Numbered from the stretch's first letter, positions 9,210 through 19,397 are shown. The stretch: 47,642 bases of DNA from an uncultured Bacteroides sp. (GCA_964555225.1 CAZKSK010000001.1:1-47642); one strand, 5' to 3'. Translations and numbers: made by a program. The notes: generated from the sequence alone by a model not told the origin.

Positions 9210-10232
9210 TTAATTTATAGATAATGTAAGAGCTGATAATCTGTCTGTTAAGTCTTTACCGAATAAATCTCTGCCGACTATTTTTTGTTTGTTGTTAATT
9301 AAAATATTTGATGGAATTTTATCTATTCCGTAAGATTTGATCATACTTCCCTCCCAGCCATTGAAGTCGCATACATTTTTTCTCATGCTTAGAGAATCAT
9401 TTGCAATATTTCGTTTCCAAGAGCTTTTATCGAGGTCAAGAGATACATTCAAAACAGCAAGTTTGTTATTTCCATATTTTTGGTTAAGTGCAATGCCTGT
9501 TTTCATCATATTAATACTTTTAGAATTCCAACTTGCCCAAAATTGTATAAGAAGAATTTTATTGTTGAAATCATAATTACTCACAGGGGGTTCATTCATT
9601 CTTTGGAAAAAGAAGGTAGGAGCATTGGCATCAATATCACTGTTTTTTTGATTACCTAGTTGGTCAAGTACCCGTTGTATTATATCACTGTTTTGAAATT
9701 TATTATTTAATCCTGCAATGAGAGATTGAATTTTGTTTTTATCGTCTCCTTCCTGTATGAAATATTTATTTAGCAGATACACACTAATTTCAGATGCAGG
9801 ATGATTCTTGATAAATGATTCAGCAACTTTTTTTATTTGGATATGATCCTTTAGTGAAAATATTTGTGAACGAAATAAGTTCATTTCTTCGTTCAGCTTT
9901 CCTCCACTGACTTTTAATGAAGATGGTTGTGACGGGTTTCCCGTAAAAGTTACTTTATATCCTTTATTTGCAAAAACTACAAAATCATCTTTTCCTTTAT
10001 TGAAAAGAATAGTTAAAGGAATTATTGTGTCTATATTTATTTCATAAATAAACTTACCATTTTTGACAGATACTGTATCTATTTGTGGGTGTTTTTCGCT
10101 TTCACTAAAAATATAGATACTTTTGTTTTGAAAACTTTTTAGATCCCCATTTAAATGAAAAGAATCACCATGGTCCTTGCAAGAACAAAAGACCATGGTG
10201 ATTATAGTAAGTAATATGAAATAATTTTTCAT
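9210..10232 (-). CDS. DUF4369 + TlpA/AhpC-TSA thioredoxin-fold lipoprotein lacking CxxC
   Basis: Lipobox FCSC; DTVSVKNGKF; thioredoxin fold IQFWASWNSKS, VSLD and YGIDKIPSNILI. Confidence 0.8.
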   Translation of the reverse strand: MKNYFILLTIITMVFCSCKDHGDSFHLNGDLKSFQNKSIYIFSESEKHPQIDTVSVKNGKFIYEINIDTIIPLTILFNKGKDDFVVFANKGYKVTFTGNPSQPSSLKVSGGKLNEEMNLFRSQIFSLKDHIQIKKVAESFIKNHPASEISVYLLNKYFIQEGDDKNKIQSLIAGLNNKFQNSDIIQRVLDQLGNQKNSDIDANAPTFFFQRMNEPPVSNYDFNNKILLIQFWASWNSKSINMMKTGIALNQKYGNNKLAVLNVSLDLDKSSWKRNIANDSLSMRKNVCDFNGWEGSMIKSYGIDKIPSNILINNKQKIVGRDLFGKDLTDRLSALTLSIN

Positions 10233-10236
10233 TTCG

Positions 10237-11940
10237 TTATTTTACCAAACTTTGGAAATCAGAGTTGGTAAAATATTTGGCGAATTCCAAATCTTTAGCA
10301 GCTCTTTTTGCCAGTGCAGATTTCTGGTTGATAGCGTCTTTTAAATTATTGATAACAGCAGAAGTATCATTAGTTCTGGCACCAACAATAGCTTTTAAAT
10401 AACTAGTGTAAGCATCACCATCTTTGATGTTGCTCAATGTAGTTGAAGCTGCAGAATAATTCTTCGAAAGAATCTGAGCTAAAGCAGCACTATTAGATGC
10501 TGTATCACCGAAAGAATTTACAGCACGATCATATTGACCTTGAGCTATGTATAAGTTACCTAAAGCTTCATTTAAAGTTTTTGCTCCCGTTCCTTTAGCC
10601 AAATATGTGGTAGCTGCATCTTTATTTCCGTTAACCAAAGCGAGAAGGCCTAAATTGGTATTTGCTTCAGCAGAATTAGGATTCAGTTCAACAGCTTTCT
10701 TGTAATAGTTGGCAGCTTCAGAATAATTACCTTCGCGATAAGCAAGTTCTCCTAGGTTGTTATAAGCACGGAAATCTTGTGGAAAGTATTCGGTGGCTTT
10801 GGTATAGATATCTTTCTTTTCACTATCTTTATTCGTTAAAGTTGCAGAATAAAGAAGCTCTTCAATATTTAAAGCTTTCGGGTCATTTTTTAAAGTTTCA
10901 TTGATTTCTTCATCTGAACGACCGATTAACTGATAGTTCAAAGTTAAACGTGAACGACGAAGTTGAGGAAGAATATCATCTGCTAAATCTCTAAATGCAG
11001 CTGACATATTGTGAATTTCAGATTCTCTCTTTTCAGGATCTTGATACATAGAAAGAACTCGAAGAATTAAGTCTTTGTCTTGAATGTTAGATTTGGAAAC
11101 CAATTCTTGGAAACCTTCCCAGTCTTGTGCCGTATATTTACTATCTACATTCGTATTGATTTTATCTTTCTTAAGTTGTTTCTTTAAATAACCGGTTGTG
11201 TTGTTTTCACGCTTGTTGGCTAGTTTGTCATTTAAGGAAACACCTCCATCAGGTGATGCATATGCGGAAATTTCGATATTTTCAATAGCTTTTCCTTTGG
11301 TATCGGCATTTGCGTCTTTTACTGTTTTATTAAAATCGTTCATGCCTTCAGATTTTAATTGATTTTGACGTAAATTAGCCTGCTGAATCAAAAACATGAT
11401 ATTAGCTTCCTTCTTTTGCTTAATGATACGTTGATATGCATCTTCTGCAGTTGTTGTATTTGCACTTGATAAAGTGTTTTTAACTAATTCAGAGGTTGAA
11501 ATAACACCATCTGCAATTTTTACTGGAGGTAAATCATAAGTTTTGCCTTTTTTCTGTACTTTGAAGTTCAAATATAACTCTGACTTTTCCATTTCAGGTT
11601 GGTAGTTGAAATTAGAACGCATTACAAAATTACCTCCATTCTTGTAGCTAATAGTTTTGTAATTGCCTTCTATTTTTTCTCCTTGGAAAATAGCAGGTTC
11701 ACCTTCTACTTGTCCTCCATCCCATTTCAAAACAGGAGTAACAGTTAAAGTAACGTTTTTCTTGAAAAATTTTTCAGGAAATTGTCCATTGATCGTAACA
11801 GGGACTTTACCACCTACAGCCTCAAGAACTTCAGGTGTAGTAGTAAAATAACTAGACTTGAGTGCGCCCATCTTGCTACTGCAGGATGTCATCACTAGAA
11901 TAGCCAGCATTAAAAGCGGCAAATAAAATTTTTTAGCCAT
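10237..11940 (-). CDS. TPR-repeat lipoprotein with an OmpA-like segment
   Basis: Signal peptide with lipobox MTSC; ISAYASPDGG..LNDKLANKR (OmpA-like); TPR motifs RAYNNLGELAY and EANTNLGLLAL. Confidence 0.8.
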   Translation of the reverse strand: MAKKFYLPLLMLAILVMTSCSSKMGALKSSYFTTTPEVLEAVGGKVPVTINGQFPEKFFKKNVTLTVTPVLKWDGGQVEGEPAIFQGEKIEGNYKTISYKNGGNFVMRSNFNYQPEMEKSELYLNFKVQKKGKTYDLPPVKIADGVISTSELVKNTLSSANTTTAEDAYQRIIKQKKEANIMFLIQQANLRQNQLKSEGMNDFNKTVKDANADTKGKAIENIEISAYASPDGGVSLNDKLANKRENNTTGYLKKQLKKDKINTNVDSKYTAQDWEGFQELVSKSNIQDKDLILRVLSMYQDPEKRESEIHNMSAAFRDLADDILPQLRRSRLTLNYQLIGRSDEEINETLKNDPKALNIEELLYSATLTNKDSEKKDIYTKATEYFPQDFRAYNNLGELAYREGNYSEAANYYKKAVELNPNSAEANTNLGLLALVNGNKDAATTYLAKGTGAKTLNEALGNLYIAQGQYDRAVNSFGDTASNSAALAQILSKNYSAASTTLSNIKDGDAYTSYLKAIVGARTNDTSAVINNLKDAINQKSALAKRAAKDLEFAKYFTNSDFQSLVK

Positions 11941-11987
11941 AATTAATTTGGTATATTAAAATTATATATTTTGAATTTTACTTTTTG

Positions 11988-11995
11988 CAAAGATA
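11988..11995 (-). promoter_or_regulatory. -7 promoter element for the TPR-TlpA-comM genes
   Basis: Minus-strand TATCTTTG about 48 bp upstream of the ATG. Confidence 0.55.
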
Positions 11996-12074
11996 ACTAA
12001 AAATATAGAGCATGTGGATAATTGTCGTATTTTTATATTTATTTTAGATAATTATTTGGCCTTATATGTTAAAA

Positions 12075-13025
12075 TTAGAAGCCATGTTCTTCCCTATATC
12101 GAATATTTCTAGGGTGATGTTCCATAATTTCACTTCTTAACATTTCTCTGTCTATATGTGTATAAATTTCAGTAGTCGAAATATCTTCGTGTCCTAGCAT
12201 GCATTGAATGGCGTGCAAGTCAGCTCCTCCTTCCAGCAAGTGCGTTGCAAATGAATGTCTGAAAGTATGTGGGCTGACATTTTTTTTAATTCCCACGAGT
12301 CTTACTTGTTCTTTAACTATGTGAAAAATCATAATTCGTGAAAGTGGCTTTTTTAGTCGTGAACTTATGAAAACATAATCTTCGTAACCCGGTTTGATGT
12401 CAATTTGATTCCTATCGTAAAAATAAAGTTGAAGTTCGTGGATTGCTCTTGCAGAAATCGGTACTAATCGTTCTTTATTTCCTTTCCCTACTACTTTAAT
12501 GAATTCTTCATCCAGATATAAATTCGATATTTTTAAGTTGCATAACTCACTGACTCGCAGTCCACAACTATATAATGTTTCCAAAATGGCACGGTCTCGT
12601 TGACCTTCGATTTTTCCTCTGTCTATAGAACCTATAATAGCATCAATTTCTTCTAAAGTTAAAACTTCAGGTAATTTTAAACCAATTTTTGGTGCTTGCA
12701 GAAGTTCGGTAGGGTCGGTTTGTATAAAATCATCTAATAGAAGGAAATTGTAAAAAGAACGAACACCTGAGAGAATTCTGGCTTGTGATCGAGGATGTAT
12801 TCCGATATCTCGTAGCCCCGCTAGAAAATGGTGTAAGTCCTCTTGAGAAACATTTAGAATGTCTATATTTTCTGTTGACAGATAAAGTAGCAATTTATCC
12901 AAGTCTTTGAAATATGCTTCAACCGTATTTGCAGAAAGAGATTTTTCCAGTCGAAGATAGTTCTCATATTTACGAAGAATTTGTATATTCTTTTCACCTT
13001 TATTATTTTTAACAAGATTTTTCAT
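12075..13025 (-). CDS. xerD: XerD-type tyrosine recombinase
   Basis: LSANTVEAY, RDRAILETLYSCGLRVSEL, GKGNKERLVP, SPHTFRHSFATHLLEGGADL..IQ.MLGH..ISTTEIYTH. Confidence 0.9.
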   Translation of the reverse strand: MKNLVKNNKGEKNIQILRKYENYLRLEKSLSANTVEAYFKDLDKLLLYLSTENIDILNVSQEDLHHFLAGLRDIGIHPRSQARILSGVRSFYNFLLLDDFIQTDPTELLQAPKIGLKLPEVLTLEEIDAIIGSIDRGKIEGQRDRAILETLYSCGLRVSELCNLKISNLYLDEEFIKVVGKGNKERLVPISARAIHELQLYFYDRNQIDIKPGYEDYVFISSRLKKPLSRIMIFHIVKEQVRLVGIKKNVSPHTFRHSFATHLLEGGADLHAIQCMLGHEDISTTEIYTHIDREMLRSEIMEHHPRNIRYREEHGF

Positions 13026-13078
13026 GAAATGGAAATTCTTTTATTAAACAAATATCGGGAAAATATGGAGAAAGTTGT

Positions 13079-13086
13079 TATTTTTG
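13079..13086 (+). promoter_or_regulatory. -7 promoter element for the sufT-like/lpxH genes
   Basis: TATTTTTG about 20 bp before ATG 13106. Confidence 0.5.
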
Positions 13087-13105
13087 CGATATAATTATTT
13101 TTAAT

Positions 13106-13426
13106 ATGGATTCAGAAATAAAATTAAGGATAGAAGAAGGTATCATAAAAATGCTTAAAACAGTTTATGACCCGGAGATTCCTGTAGATATATACAATTT
13201 GGGACTTATTTATAAGATTGAAGTGGAAAATAATGGAGAAGTTCTTATTGACATGACATTAACAGCTCCTAGCTGTCCGGCGGCAGATTTCATTATGGAG
13301 GATGTGAGGCAAAAACTTGAATCTGTAGACGGAGTGACTTCTGCTACAGTAAATTTAGTTTTTGAACCTGAATGGAATAAAGATATGATGAGTGAAGAGG
13401 CCAAATTGGACCTTGGTTACATGTAA
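13106..13426 (+). CDS. DUF59/SufT-like Fe-S cluster assembly protein
   Basis: VYDPEIPVDIYNLGLIY, MTLTAPSCPAA, LVFEPEW...MMSEEAKL.LG. Confidence 0.9.
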   Translation: MDSEIKLRIEEGIIKMLKTVYDPEIPVDIYNLGLIYKIEVENNGEVLIDMTLTAPSCPAADFIMEDVRQKLESVDGVTSATVNLVFEPEWNKDMMSEEAKLDLGYM

Positions 13427-13446
13427 TAAAATAAAATACAATAACC

Positions 13447-14211
13447 ATGAAAAATGTATATTTTCTTTCAGATGCTCATTTGGGCTCTCGTGCTATTGAT
13501 CATGGCCGTACGCACGAACGCCGTTTAGTCAATTTCTTGGATAATATTAAGAATAAGGCTGATGCGGTGTATCTCCTTGGTGATATGTTCGATTATTGGT
13601 ATGAGTTTAAACTTGTAGTGCCAAAGGGATATACTCGCTTTCTCGGTAAAATATCCGAATTGACCGATCTTGGGGTAGAAGTACATTTCTTTATTGGTAA
13701 TCATGATATTTGGTGTAAAGATTATTTTGAAAAAGAATGTGGTATGATTATTCACAGAGAACCCTTAACCTGTGAGATTTGTGGAAAAATATTTTATTTG
13801 GCTCATGGAGATGGATTGGGTGATCCTGATATTAATTATAAATTTCTCCGTAAAATTTTCCATAGTACAATGTTACAGCGTGTTTTTTCTGCCATACATC
13901 CTCGTTGGAGTGTTGAATTAGGCTTGACGTGGGCCAAACATAGCCGTTTGAAGAGAATTAATGGCAAAGAACCGGAATATATGGGTGAAAATAAGGAATA
14001 CTTGGTCCTTTATACGAAAGAATATTTGAAAACACATCCTAGTGTAAATTATTTTATTTACGGTCATCGCCATATAGAATTGGATTTACAGCTTACCAAT
14101 GATACCCGTATGATGATTCTTGGTGATTGGATTAATTTGTTCTCCTATGCTGTTTTTGACGGAGAACATATTTTTCTGGAAAATTATGTTGAAGGTGACA
14201 GTTTACTATAA
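13447..14211 (+). CDS. lpxH: UDP-2,3-diacylglucosamine diphosphatase (metallophosphoesterase)
   Basis: FLSDAHLG, LLGDMFD, GNHD, AHGDG, GHRH and LGDW. Confidence 0.88.
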   Translation: MKNVYFLSDAHLGSRAIDHGRTHERRLVNFLDNIKNKADAVYLLGDMFDYWYEFKLVVPKGYTRFLGKISELTDLGVEVHFFIGNHDIWCKDYFEKECGMIIHREPLTCEICGKIFYLAHGDGLGDPDINYKFLRKIFHSTMLQRVFSAIHPRWSVELGLTWAKHSRLKRINGKEPEYMGENKEYLVLYTKEYLKTHPSVNYFIYGHRHIELDLQLTNDTRMMILGDWINLFSYAVFDGEHIFLENYVEGDSLL

Positions 14212-14255
14212 TTGAACGGTCCTTAAAAATTTATGGTTTTTTAGGGACCGTTCAA
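14212..14255. terminator. Likely bidirectional hairpin terminator between convergent lpxH and ackA
   Basis: 18-bp arms TTGAACGGTCCTTAAAAA and TTTTTAGGGACCGTTCAA with one mismatch and an 8-nt loop. Confidence 0.85.
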
Positions 14256-14272
14256 AATTAAAATAAATGGAT

Positions 14273-15475
14273 CTATTTATTTTGCAATAAATGAAGAGTA
14301 TCACTGGCAATCATAAGTTCTTCATCCGTTGGAATAACGCAAACTGTGACTCTTGAATCGGATGTTGAAATGATAGCTTCTTCACCTCGGATTTTTTTGT
14401 TTTTTTCTTGATCGAGTATTACTCCCATAAAATCCAATCCTTTGCAGGCTTCGGAACGACATTGGTACTGATTTTCTCCAACACCTCCTGTGAAGACAAT
14501 AATATCGACACCTCCTAATGCAGCTGCATAGGTTCCGATATATTTCCTAATGCGGTAAAAATACATAGATTGTGCCAGAATTGCTTTCGGGTTTCCGGCA
14601 TCAACAGCTGAATCAATTTCACGCATGTCCGATGAAATTCCTGAGACTCCTAATAATCCGGATTTTTTATTGAGTAAGTTTGAAATTCCGGTAGGATTCA
14701 AACCTTCTTTTTCCATAATAAAAGTGACAGCTCCGGCATCAATATCACCGGAACGGGTTCCCATCATCAAACCTTCCAATGGAGTAAGCCCCATGCTTGT
14801 ATCCATACATTTACCGTCTTTGATAGCAGAAATAGAACCGCCATTCCCAATGTGGCAGGTGATAATCTTTTTCCCGACAGGATTTACACCTAAAAAATCA
14901 CATACTCGTTGTGAGACATAGCGATGAGATGTTCCATGGAAACCATAGCGACGAACCCCATATTTTTCATATAGTTCATATGGAATGGCATACATATATG
15001 CGTAGTTAGGCATCGTTTGGTGAAATGCCGTGTCAAAAACTCCTATTTGAGGTAGGTTGGGTAATAAAGCGCTTACGGCATTTACTCCTTTTAGATTTGC
15101 CGGATTATGAAGTGGTGCTAAATCATTGCATGCCGTAAAGGCATCCAAAACCTCTTTATTTAGAATAACGGATTGATTAAAACGTTCTCCTCCATGTACC
15201 ATACGATGACCAACCGCATCCAATTCATCAAGTGATTTTAGGGCTCCATATTGGGAATCGGTTAGTACACTGAAAATAAATTCAACACCACGAGTATGTT
15301 CCGGAATATCTTTTTCTAATATTTTCTTTTCACCATTAGGCAATGTTAATTTTAAGAAAGAATCTTTCAATCCTATTTTTTCAATTCCACCCTGAGCTAA
15401 TACTTGCTTGGTCTTCATCTCAAATAATTTGTATTTGATAGAAGAACTTCCACAATTTAAAACTAGTATTTTCAT
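14273..15475 (-). CDS. ackA: Acetate kinase
   Basis: LVLNCGSSSIKY, GHRMVHGG, APLHNP, YGFHGTSH, TSMGLTPLEG and FTGGVGEN. Confidence 0.98.
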   Translation of the reverse strand: MKILVLNCGSSSIKYKLFEMKTKQVLAQGGIEKIGLKDSFLKLTLPNGEKKILEKDIPEHTRGVEFIFSVLTDSQYGALKSLDELDAVGHRMVHGGERFNQSVILNKEVLDAFTACNDLAPLHNPANLKGVNAVSALLPNLPQIGVFDTAFHQTMPNYAYMYAIPYELYEKYGVRRYGFHGTSHRYVSQRVCDFLGVNPVGKKIITCHIGNGGSISAIKDGKCMDTSMGLTPLEGLMMGTRSGDIDAGAVTFIMEKEGLNPTGISNLLNKKSGLLGVSGISSDMREIDSAVDAGNPKAILAQSMYFYRIRKYIGTYAAALGGVDIIVFTGGVGENQYQCRSEACKGLDFMGVILDQEKNKKIRGEEAIISTSDSRVTVCVIPTDEELMIASDTLHLLQNK

Positions 15476-15488
15476 AATGTATGATTTA

Positions 15489-16499
15489 TTATTTTTTAAG
15501 GGCTATGGCCTCGTTGCAGGTAATAGCAATCATTCTGTAAATGTCTTCTACACAACATCCACGAGATAAATCATTTACAGGGCTGGCCATTCCTTGAAGA
15601 ACCGGACCGACAGCTTCGGCATTACCTAAACGTTCAACCATTTTATAACTAATGTTTCCTACTTCCAGATTAGGGAAAATAAGAACATTAGCATGTCCGG
15701 CAATTTTAGAACCTGGAGCTTTGCTTTCTCCAATTGAAGGAACGAGAGCTGCATCAGCTTGCATTTCACCGTCAATTTTTAAGTCTGGAGCCATGGCTTG
15801 CGCTTTGACCAATGCCTCTTTTACCTTGTCCACAACTTCATGTTTTGCAGAACCTTTTGTTGAGAAGCTTAACATAGCAACACGTGGATCTTTAAATCCT
15901 GCTACAGCTTGTGCTGTACGGGCTGTACATACGGCGATTTGTGATAATTGGTCAGCATCAGGAACAGGGGTTACTGCGACATCTCCGATAACCAATATCC
16001 CATTTTCTCCATATTCTTTATTTTTAGAGATTAGAAGCATTCCTCCGGATACGCAAGTAATGCCCGGAACAGTTTTAATAATTTGTAGTGCAGGGCGTAA
16101 AACATTACCTGTCGTATTGCGTGCACCGGCTAATTGACCATCGGCATCTCCACTTTTTATGATCATACATCCAAGATACAAAGGATCAAGAACTAATTTG
16201 CGGGCATCTTCTATGGTCATCCCTTTCTTTTTGCGAAGTTCATAGAGATATTGAGCATATTCTTCTTTTTTGGGATTAGTATCTGGATCAAGTATCGTTG
16301 CTTTATCTATATTTTTTAAACTTAATTTTTGAGCTGCAGCCTTGATTTCTTCAGGCTTCCCGATAATAATTAAGTCTGCTATACCATCAGCAATGACTCT
16401 GTCTGCTGCTTTTAGAGTGCGTTCTTCCGTCCCTTCTGGAAGTACGATGCGTTGTTTGCTTGCTTTTGCGCGTGCAATAATTTCATTAATAATGTCCAT
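15489..16499 (-). CDS. pta: Phosphate acetyltransferase
   Basis: IVLPEG, RPALQII, SFSTKGSA, DGEMQADAA, FPNLEVGNISYK and VNDLSRG. Confidence 0.97.
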   Translation of the reverse strand: MDIINEIIARAKASKQRIVLPEGTEERTLKAADRVIADGIADLIIIGKPEEIKAAAQKLSLKNIDKATILDPDTNPKKEEYAQYLYELRKKKGMTIEDARKLVLDPLYLGCMIIKSGDADGQLAGARNTTGNVLRPALQIIKTVPGITCVSGGMLLISKNKEYGENGILVIGDVAVTPVPDADQLSQIAVCTARTAQAVAGFKDPRVAMLSFSTKGSAKHEVVDKVKEALVKAQAMAPDLKIDGEMQADAALVPSIGESKAPGSKIAGHANVLIFPNLEVGNISYKMVERLGNAEAVGPVLQGMASPVNDLSRGCCVEDIYRMIAITCNEAIALKK

Positions 16500-16568
16500 A
16501 TTTGTTTATATATTATAAAGATCAATAATCAAAAAGTGTTTTTCCTCTCCTTAACTTTTTTCGAGTTA

Positions 16569-16680
16569 CAAAAATACGTATTTTTGCAATATCTACATGG
16601 CAAAATAGGGATTATTTATATATTTAACAAATAAAAACTTTAGAGTCTTATCTATAGTAGTTATTTTCTTTTTATTTTTG
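16569..16680. promoter_or_regulatory. Divergent -7 elements for pta-ackA (minus) and DUF2156-GNAT (plus)
   Basis: TATTTTTG on the minus strand at 16569-16576 and on the plus strand at 16673-16680. Confidence 0.5.
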
Positions 16681-16706
16681 CTTCCAAACAATTAATTTAT
16701 CCTTTT

Positions 16707-17606
16707 ATGATAGGATTCCAGAAGTTAACGATGTCGGCAAAGTCCATCATTCAGAGATATACTTTAAATAGTCGACGACGAAATTGTGATTTATCATTTG
16801 CAAATCTATATAGTTGGTGGTTTCTTTATGAAACTGAATACGCGGAATATGAAGGATTTCTTTTATTGAGATATAAGCTCGAAGGTGAGTTCGCCTATAT
16901 GATGCCTGTCGGTAGAGGTGATTTGAAAGCTGTCTTGAAAGCAGTCATTGATGATGCAAGGTGTTTAGGACATACTTTCCGTATGTTTGGTGTTAGTCAA
17001 GGGATGCGTGCTGATTTGGACGATGTTATGCCAGATGCTTTTGTTTTTACACCTCAACGGGAATATTTTGATTATATCTATCATCGCACAGATTTAGCAA
17101 CACTTGCAGGTAAGAAATATCAACCTAAGCGAAATTTTGTGAATCGTTTTATTCGCAATTATCCAAATTATGAATATAAAGAGCTTACTCCGGATTTGGT
17201 ACCCGAATGTTTAATGTTGGAAACGGCTTGGTACAATGTAAACGATAATAAGGAACAGAAAGCCCTTGAAGCAGAGAGAAGATCAATGACAGAAGCGTTA
17301 AATCATATGGAAGAACTTGAATTGAAAGGAGGAGTTCTTCATGTGGATGGTAATATTATAGCATTTACTTATGGAGCTTTAATAAATGAAGAAACTTTCG
17401 ATGTTTGTGTGGAAAAAGCTTCTACGGTTATAGAGGGGGCATATACAATGATAAATTATGAATTTGCCCGTCATTTACCGGAAGAATATATTTATATAAA
17501 TAGAGAGGAAGATTTGGGTATTGACGGTTTGCGTAAGGCAAAACTTTCATATCATCCTTTTGTGTTATTGGAAAAATGTTGTGTGGAGCTTAAGTCGGAG
17601 ATATAA
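16707..17606 (+). CDS. DUF2156-family protein (stand-alone LPG-synthase C-terminal-like GNAT fold)
   Basis: CDLSFANLYSW, DYIY...LATLAGKKYQPKRN, VEKA and YINREEDLGIDGLRKAKLSYHP. Confidence 0.85.
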   Translation: MIGFQKLTMSAKSIIQRYTLNSRRRNCDLSFANLYSWWFLYETEYAEYEGFLLLRYKLEGEFAYMMPVGRGDLKAVLKAVIDDARCLGHTFRMFGVSQGMRADLDDVMPDAFVFTPQREYFDYIYHRTDLATLAGKKYQPKRNFVNRFIRNYPNYEYKELTPDLVPECLMLETAWYNVNDNKEQKALEAERRSMTEALNHMEELELKGGVLHVDGNIIAFTYGALINEETFDVCVEKASTVIEGAYTMINYEFARHLPEEYIYINREEDLGIDGLRKAKLSYHPFVLLEKCCVELKSEI

Positions 17607-17608
17607 TT

Positions 17609-18628
17609 ATGAGAGATAGTAAAGATGAAACCAGAAACTTATGGCGTCATTGTTTTTCGGACAGTGAAGATTTTGTAGAACTTTATTTTCGTCGTCGTTT
17701 CACCGAAGACAGAAATCAGGCTTTGTGGATAGGTGATCGTTTAATCGCTTCTTTGCAACGGATTCCTTATACCATGACATTATTTGGTTGTGAGATTCCT
17801 ATTTCATATGTCTCAGGTGTCTGTACACATCCTGATTTTAGAAACCAAGGATATATGCCATGTTTACTGGCGGAGGCTCATCGGCAAATGGCGAGAGAAA
17901 ATGCACTCATCAGTACTCTAATTCCGGCTGAGGAATGGTTGAAAGGTTATTATAATAGATATGGCTATGCCGTAACTTTTTTTTATGCAGAATCTGGAGT
18001 AGAGTGGATTGCGGCTCAACCGAATTCACAAATTATAATCGTAGATCTTACGATGCAAGAAAATATGGATGAAATATATGATTATTTTAATGAGAGAATG
18101 TTTCGTCGGTCAGCCTGTTTACAGCACACAAAAGAAGATTTTTATGTTATAATAGATGATTTACGATTATCAAAGGGGAAACTTTTAGTCGCAAAAGAGG
18201 AAGAACATATTGTTGGTTTGGCTTTTTGTTATCCTCAGGGAGGCGTGACACAAGTACAAGAATTGCTTTTTGATTCGGATAACGTTAGGATCTCTTTATT
18301 ATACGAAGCAAATCGTGTCTTTGCCTTACCTGAACTTACCTGTTATAAACAGTCATTAAATAATGAGATTTCATTAGGTATGGCACGTATACTTCAGGTT
18401 GAAAAAATTTTAAGACTTTTTGCTGCACGTTATCCCGATCAATGCAAATATATTGAACTCATCCGAGATGAGGCTATCCCTGAAAATAATGGATTTTATA
18501 CGGTAGAAAATGGAACCTGCGTTCGTAAAAAATTACTTCGTCATCATTATAAAGCATTGACTGTAGCCGAATTGACCTTTGATTTGCTTCAACCGGAACA
18601 TCCTTATATGAGTCTGATGCTTAATTGA
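17609..18628 (+). CDS. Eis-like GNAT N-acetyltransferase with C-terminal SCP2-like region
   Basis: LW..CFSDS, YVSGVCTHPDFRNQGYM, LIPA...L..YY.RYGY, GMARI and PENNG. Confidence 0.8.
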   Translation: MRDSKDETRNLWRHCFSDSEDFVELYFRRRFTEDRNQALWIGDRLIASLQRIPYTMTLFGCEIPISYVSGVCTHPDFRNQGYMPCLLAEAHRQMARENALISTLIPAEEWLKGYYNRYGYAVTFFYAESGVEWIAAQPNSQIIIVDLTMQENMDEIYDYFNERMFRRSACLQHTKEDFYVIIDDLRLSKGKLLVAKEEEHIVGLAFCYPQGGVTQVQELLFDSDNVRISLLYEANRVFALPELTCYKQSLNNEISLGMARILQVEKILRLFAARYPDQCKYIELIRDEAIPENNGFYTVENGTCVRKKLLRHHYKALTVAELTFDLLQPEHPYMSLMLN

Positions 18629-19397
18629 TTTTTGTCTGAGTGAGAAATTGCTCCAGTTCTTCTGCAGAAAGTCGTAGATGAAATTCTCCACGATAGGCTA
18701 TAGATATACCTCCTGTTTCTTCCGATACGACAATTGCAATAGCATCACTCTCTTGTGAGATACCCATGGCAGACCGATGGCGTAATCCCAAAGCTTTGGG
18801 AATATTCGAATCATGTGAAACAGGGAGAATACAACCGGCTGCTGCAATTCTCATATGTCGGATGATCATAGCTCCGTCATGAAGCGGACTGTTCTTGAAA
18901 AAAATGTTTTCTATCAGACGCTGGTTAAGATTGGCGTCAATGTAGTCGCCGGTTCGTATTATATCATTTAGAGGAACAGATTTTTCCATTACAATAAGAG
19001 CACCTATTTTTTGTTTGCTCATGCTCATACAAGCCAAAACAACAGGCATAATATCCGCATTCTCAATGGTTTCGGCTTTTCGCCCTGTAATCAACCGAAT
19101 AAATTTGCTTGCACGTCCTTGTCCTTGAGTGCCTAGAGTGAGTAGAAAATGACGAATCTCATCTTGAAAAAGTACAATAAGAGCTAAAACCCCGACGCTA
19201 ACCAATTTGTCGAAGATTGATCCTAGAAGTCTCATTTCCAGAACTTGGGATACAAATAACCAGATTACGATAAAGACTAAGATTCCTATAAATATATTGA
19301 GAGAGCCTGATTCTTTCATCAGTTTGTAGATATAGTAGAGCATGAGTGCTACTAACAGAATATCTATAAAATCTTTTATTCCAAACTCGAAAAACAT
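18621..19397 (-). CDS. cdaA: Membrane diadenylate cyclase (CdaA/DacA)
   Basis: Three N-terminal TM helices; IVLFQDEIR, IFFKNSPLHDGA, LGLRHRSA and VVSEETG. Confidence 0.93.
   Translation of the reverse strand: MFFEFGIKDFIDILLVALMLYYIYKLMKESGSLNIFIGILVFIVIWLFVSQVLEMRLLGSIFDKLVSVGVLALIVLFQDEIRHFLLTLGTQGQGRASKFIRLITGRKAETIENADIMPVVLACMSMSKQKIGALIVMEKSVPLNDIIRTGDYIDANLNQRLIENIFFKNSPLHDGAMIIRHMRIAAAGCILPVSHDSNIPKALGLRHRSAMGISQESDAIAIVVSEETGGISIAYRGEFHLRLSAEELEQFLTQTKIN

Noticed and set aside
12013-12021. Perfect DnaA box (TGTGGATAA) beside xerD, with another at 21221-21229
   Set aside because: These are isolated copies, one inside murF. Roughly one is expected by chance in an AT-rich window this size, and there is no cluster suggesting oriC.
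12075-13025. Tyrosine recombinase as a mobile-element integrase or invertase
   Set aside because: It has canonical XerD motifs and housekeeping neighbours, with no att-like repeats, tRNA or cargo genes.
14625-16137. Antisense ORFs 14625-14921 and 15652-16137
   Set aside because: They are shadows of ackA and pta codon structure with no recognisable motifs.
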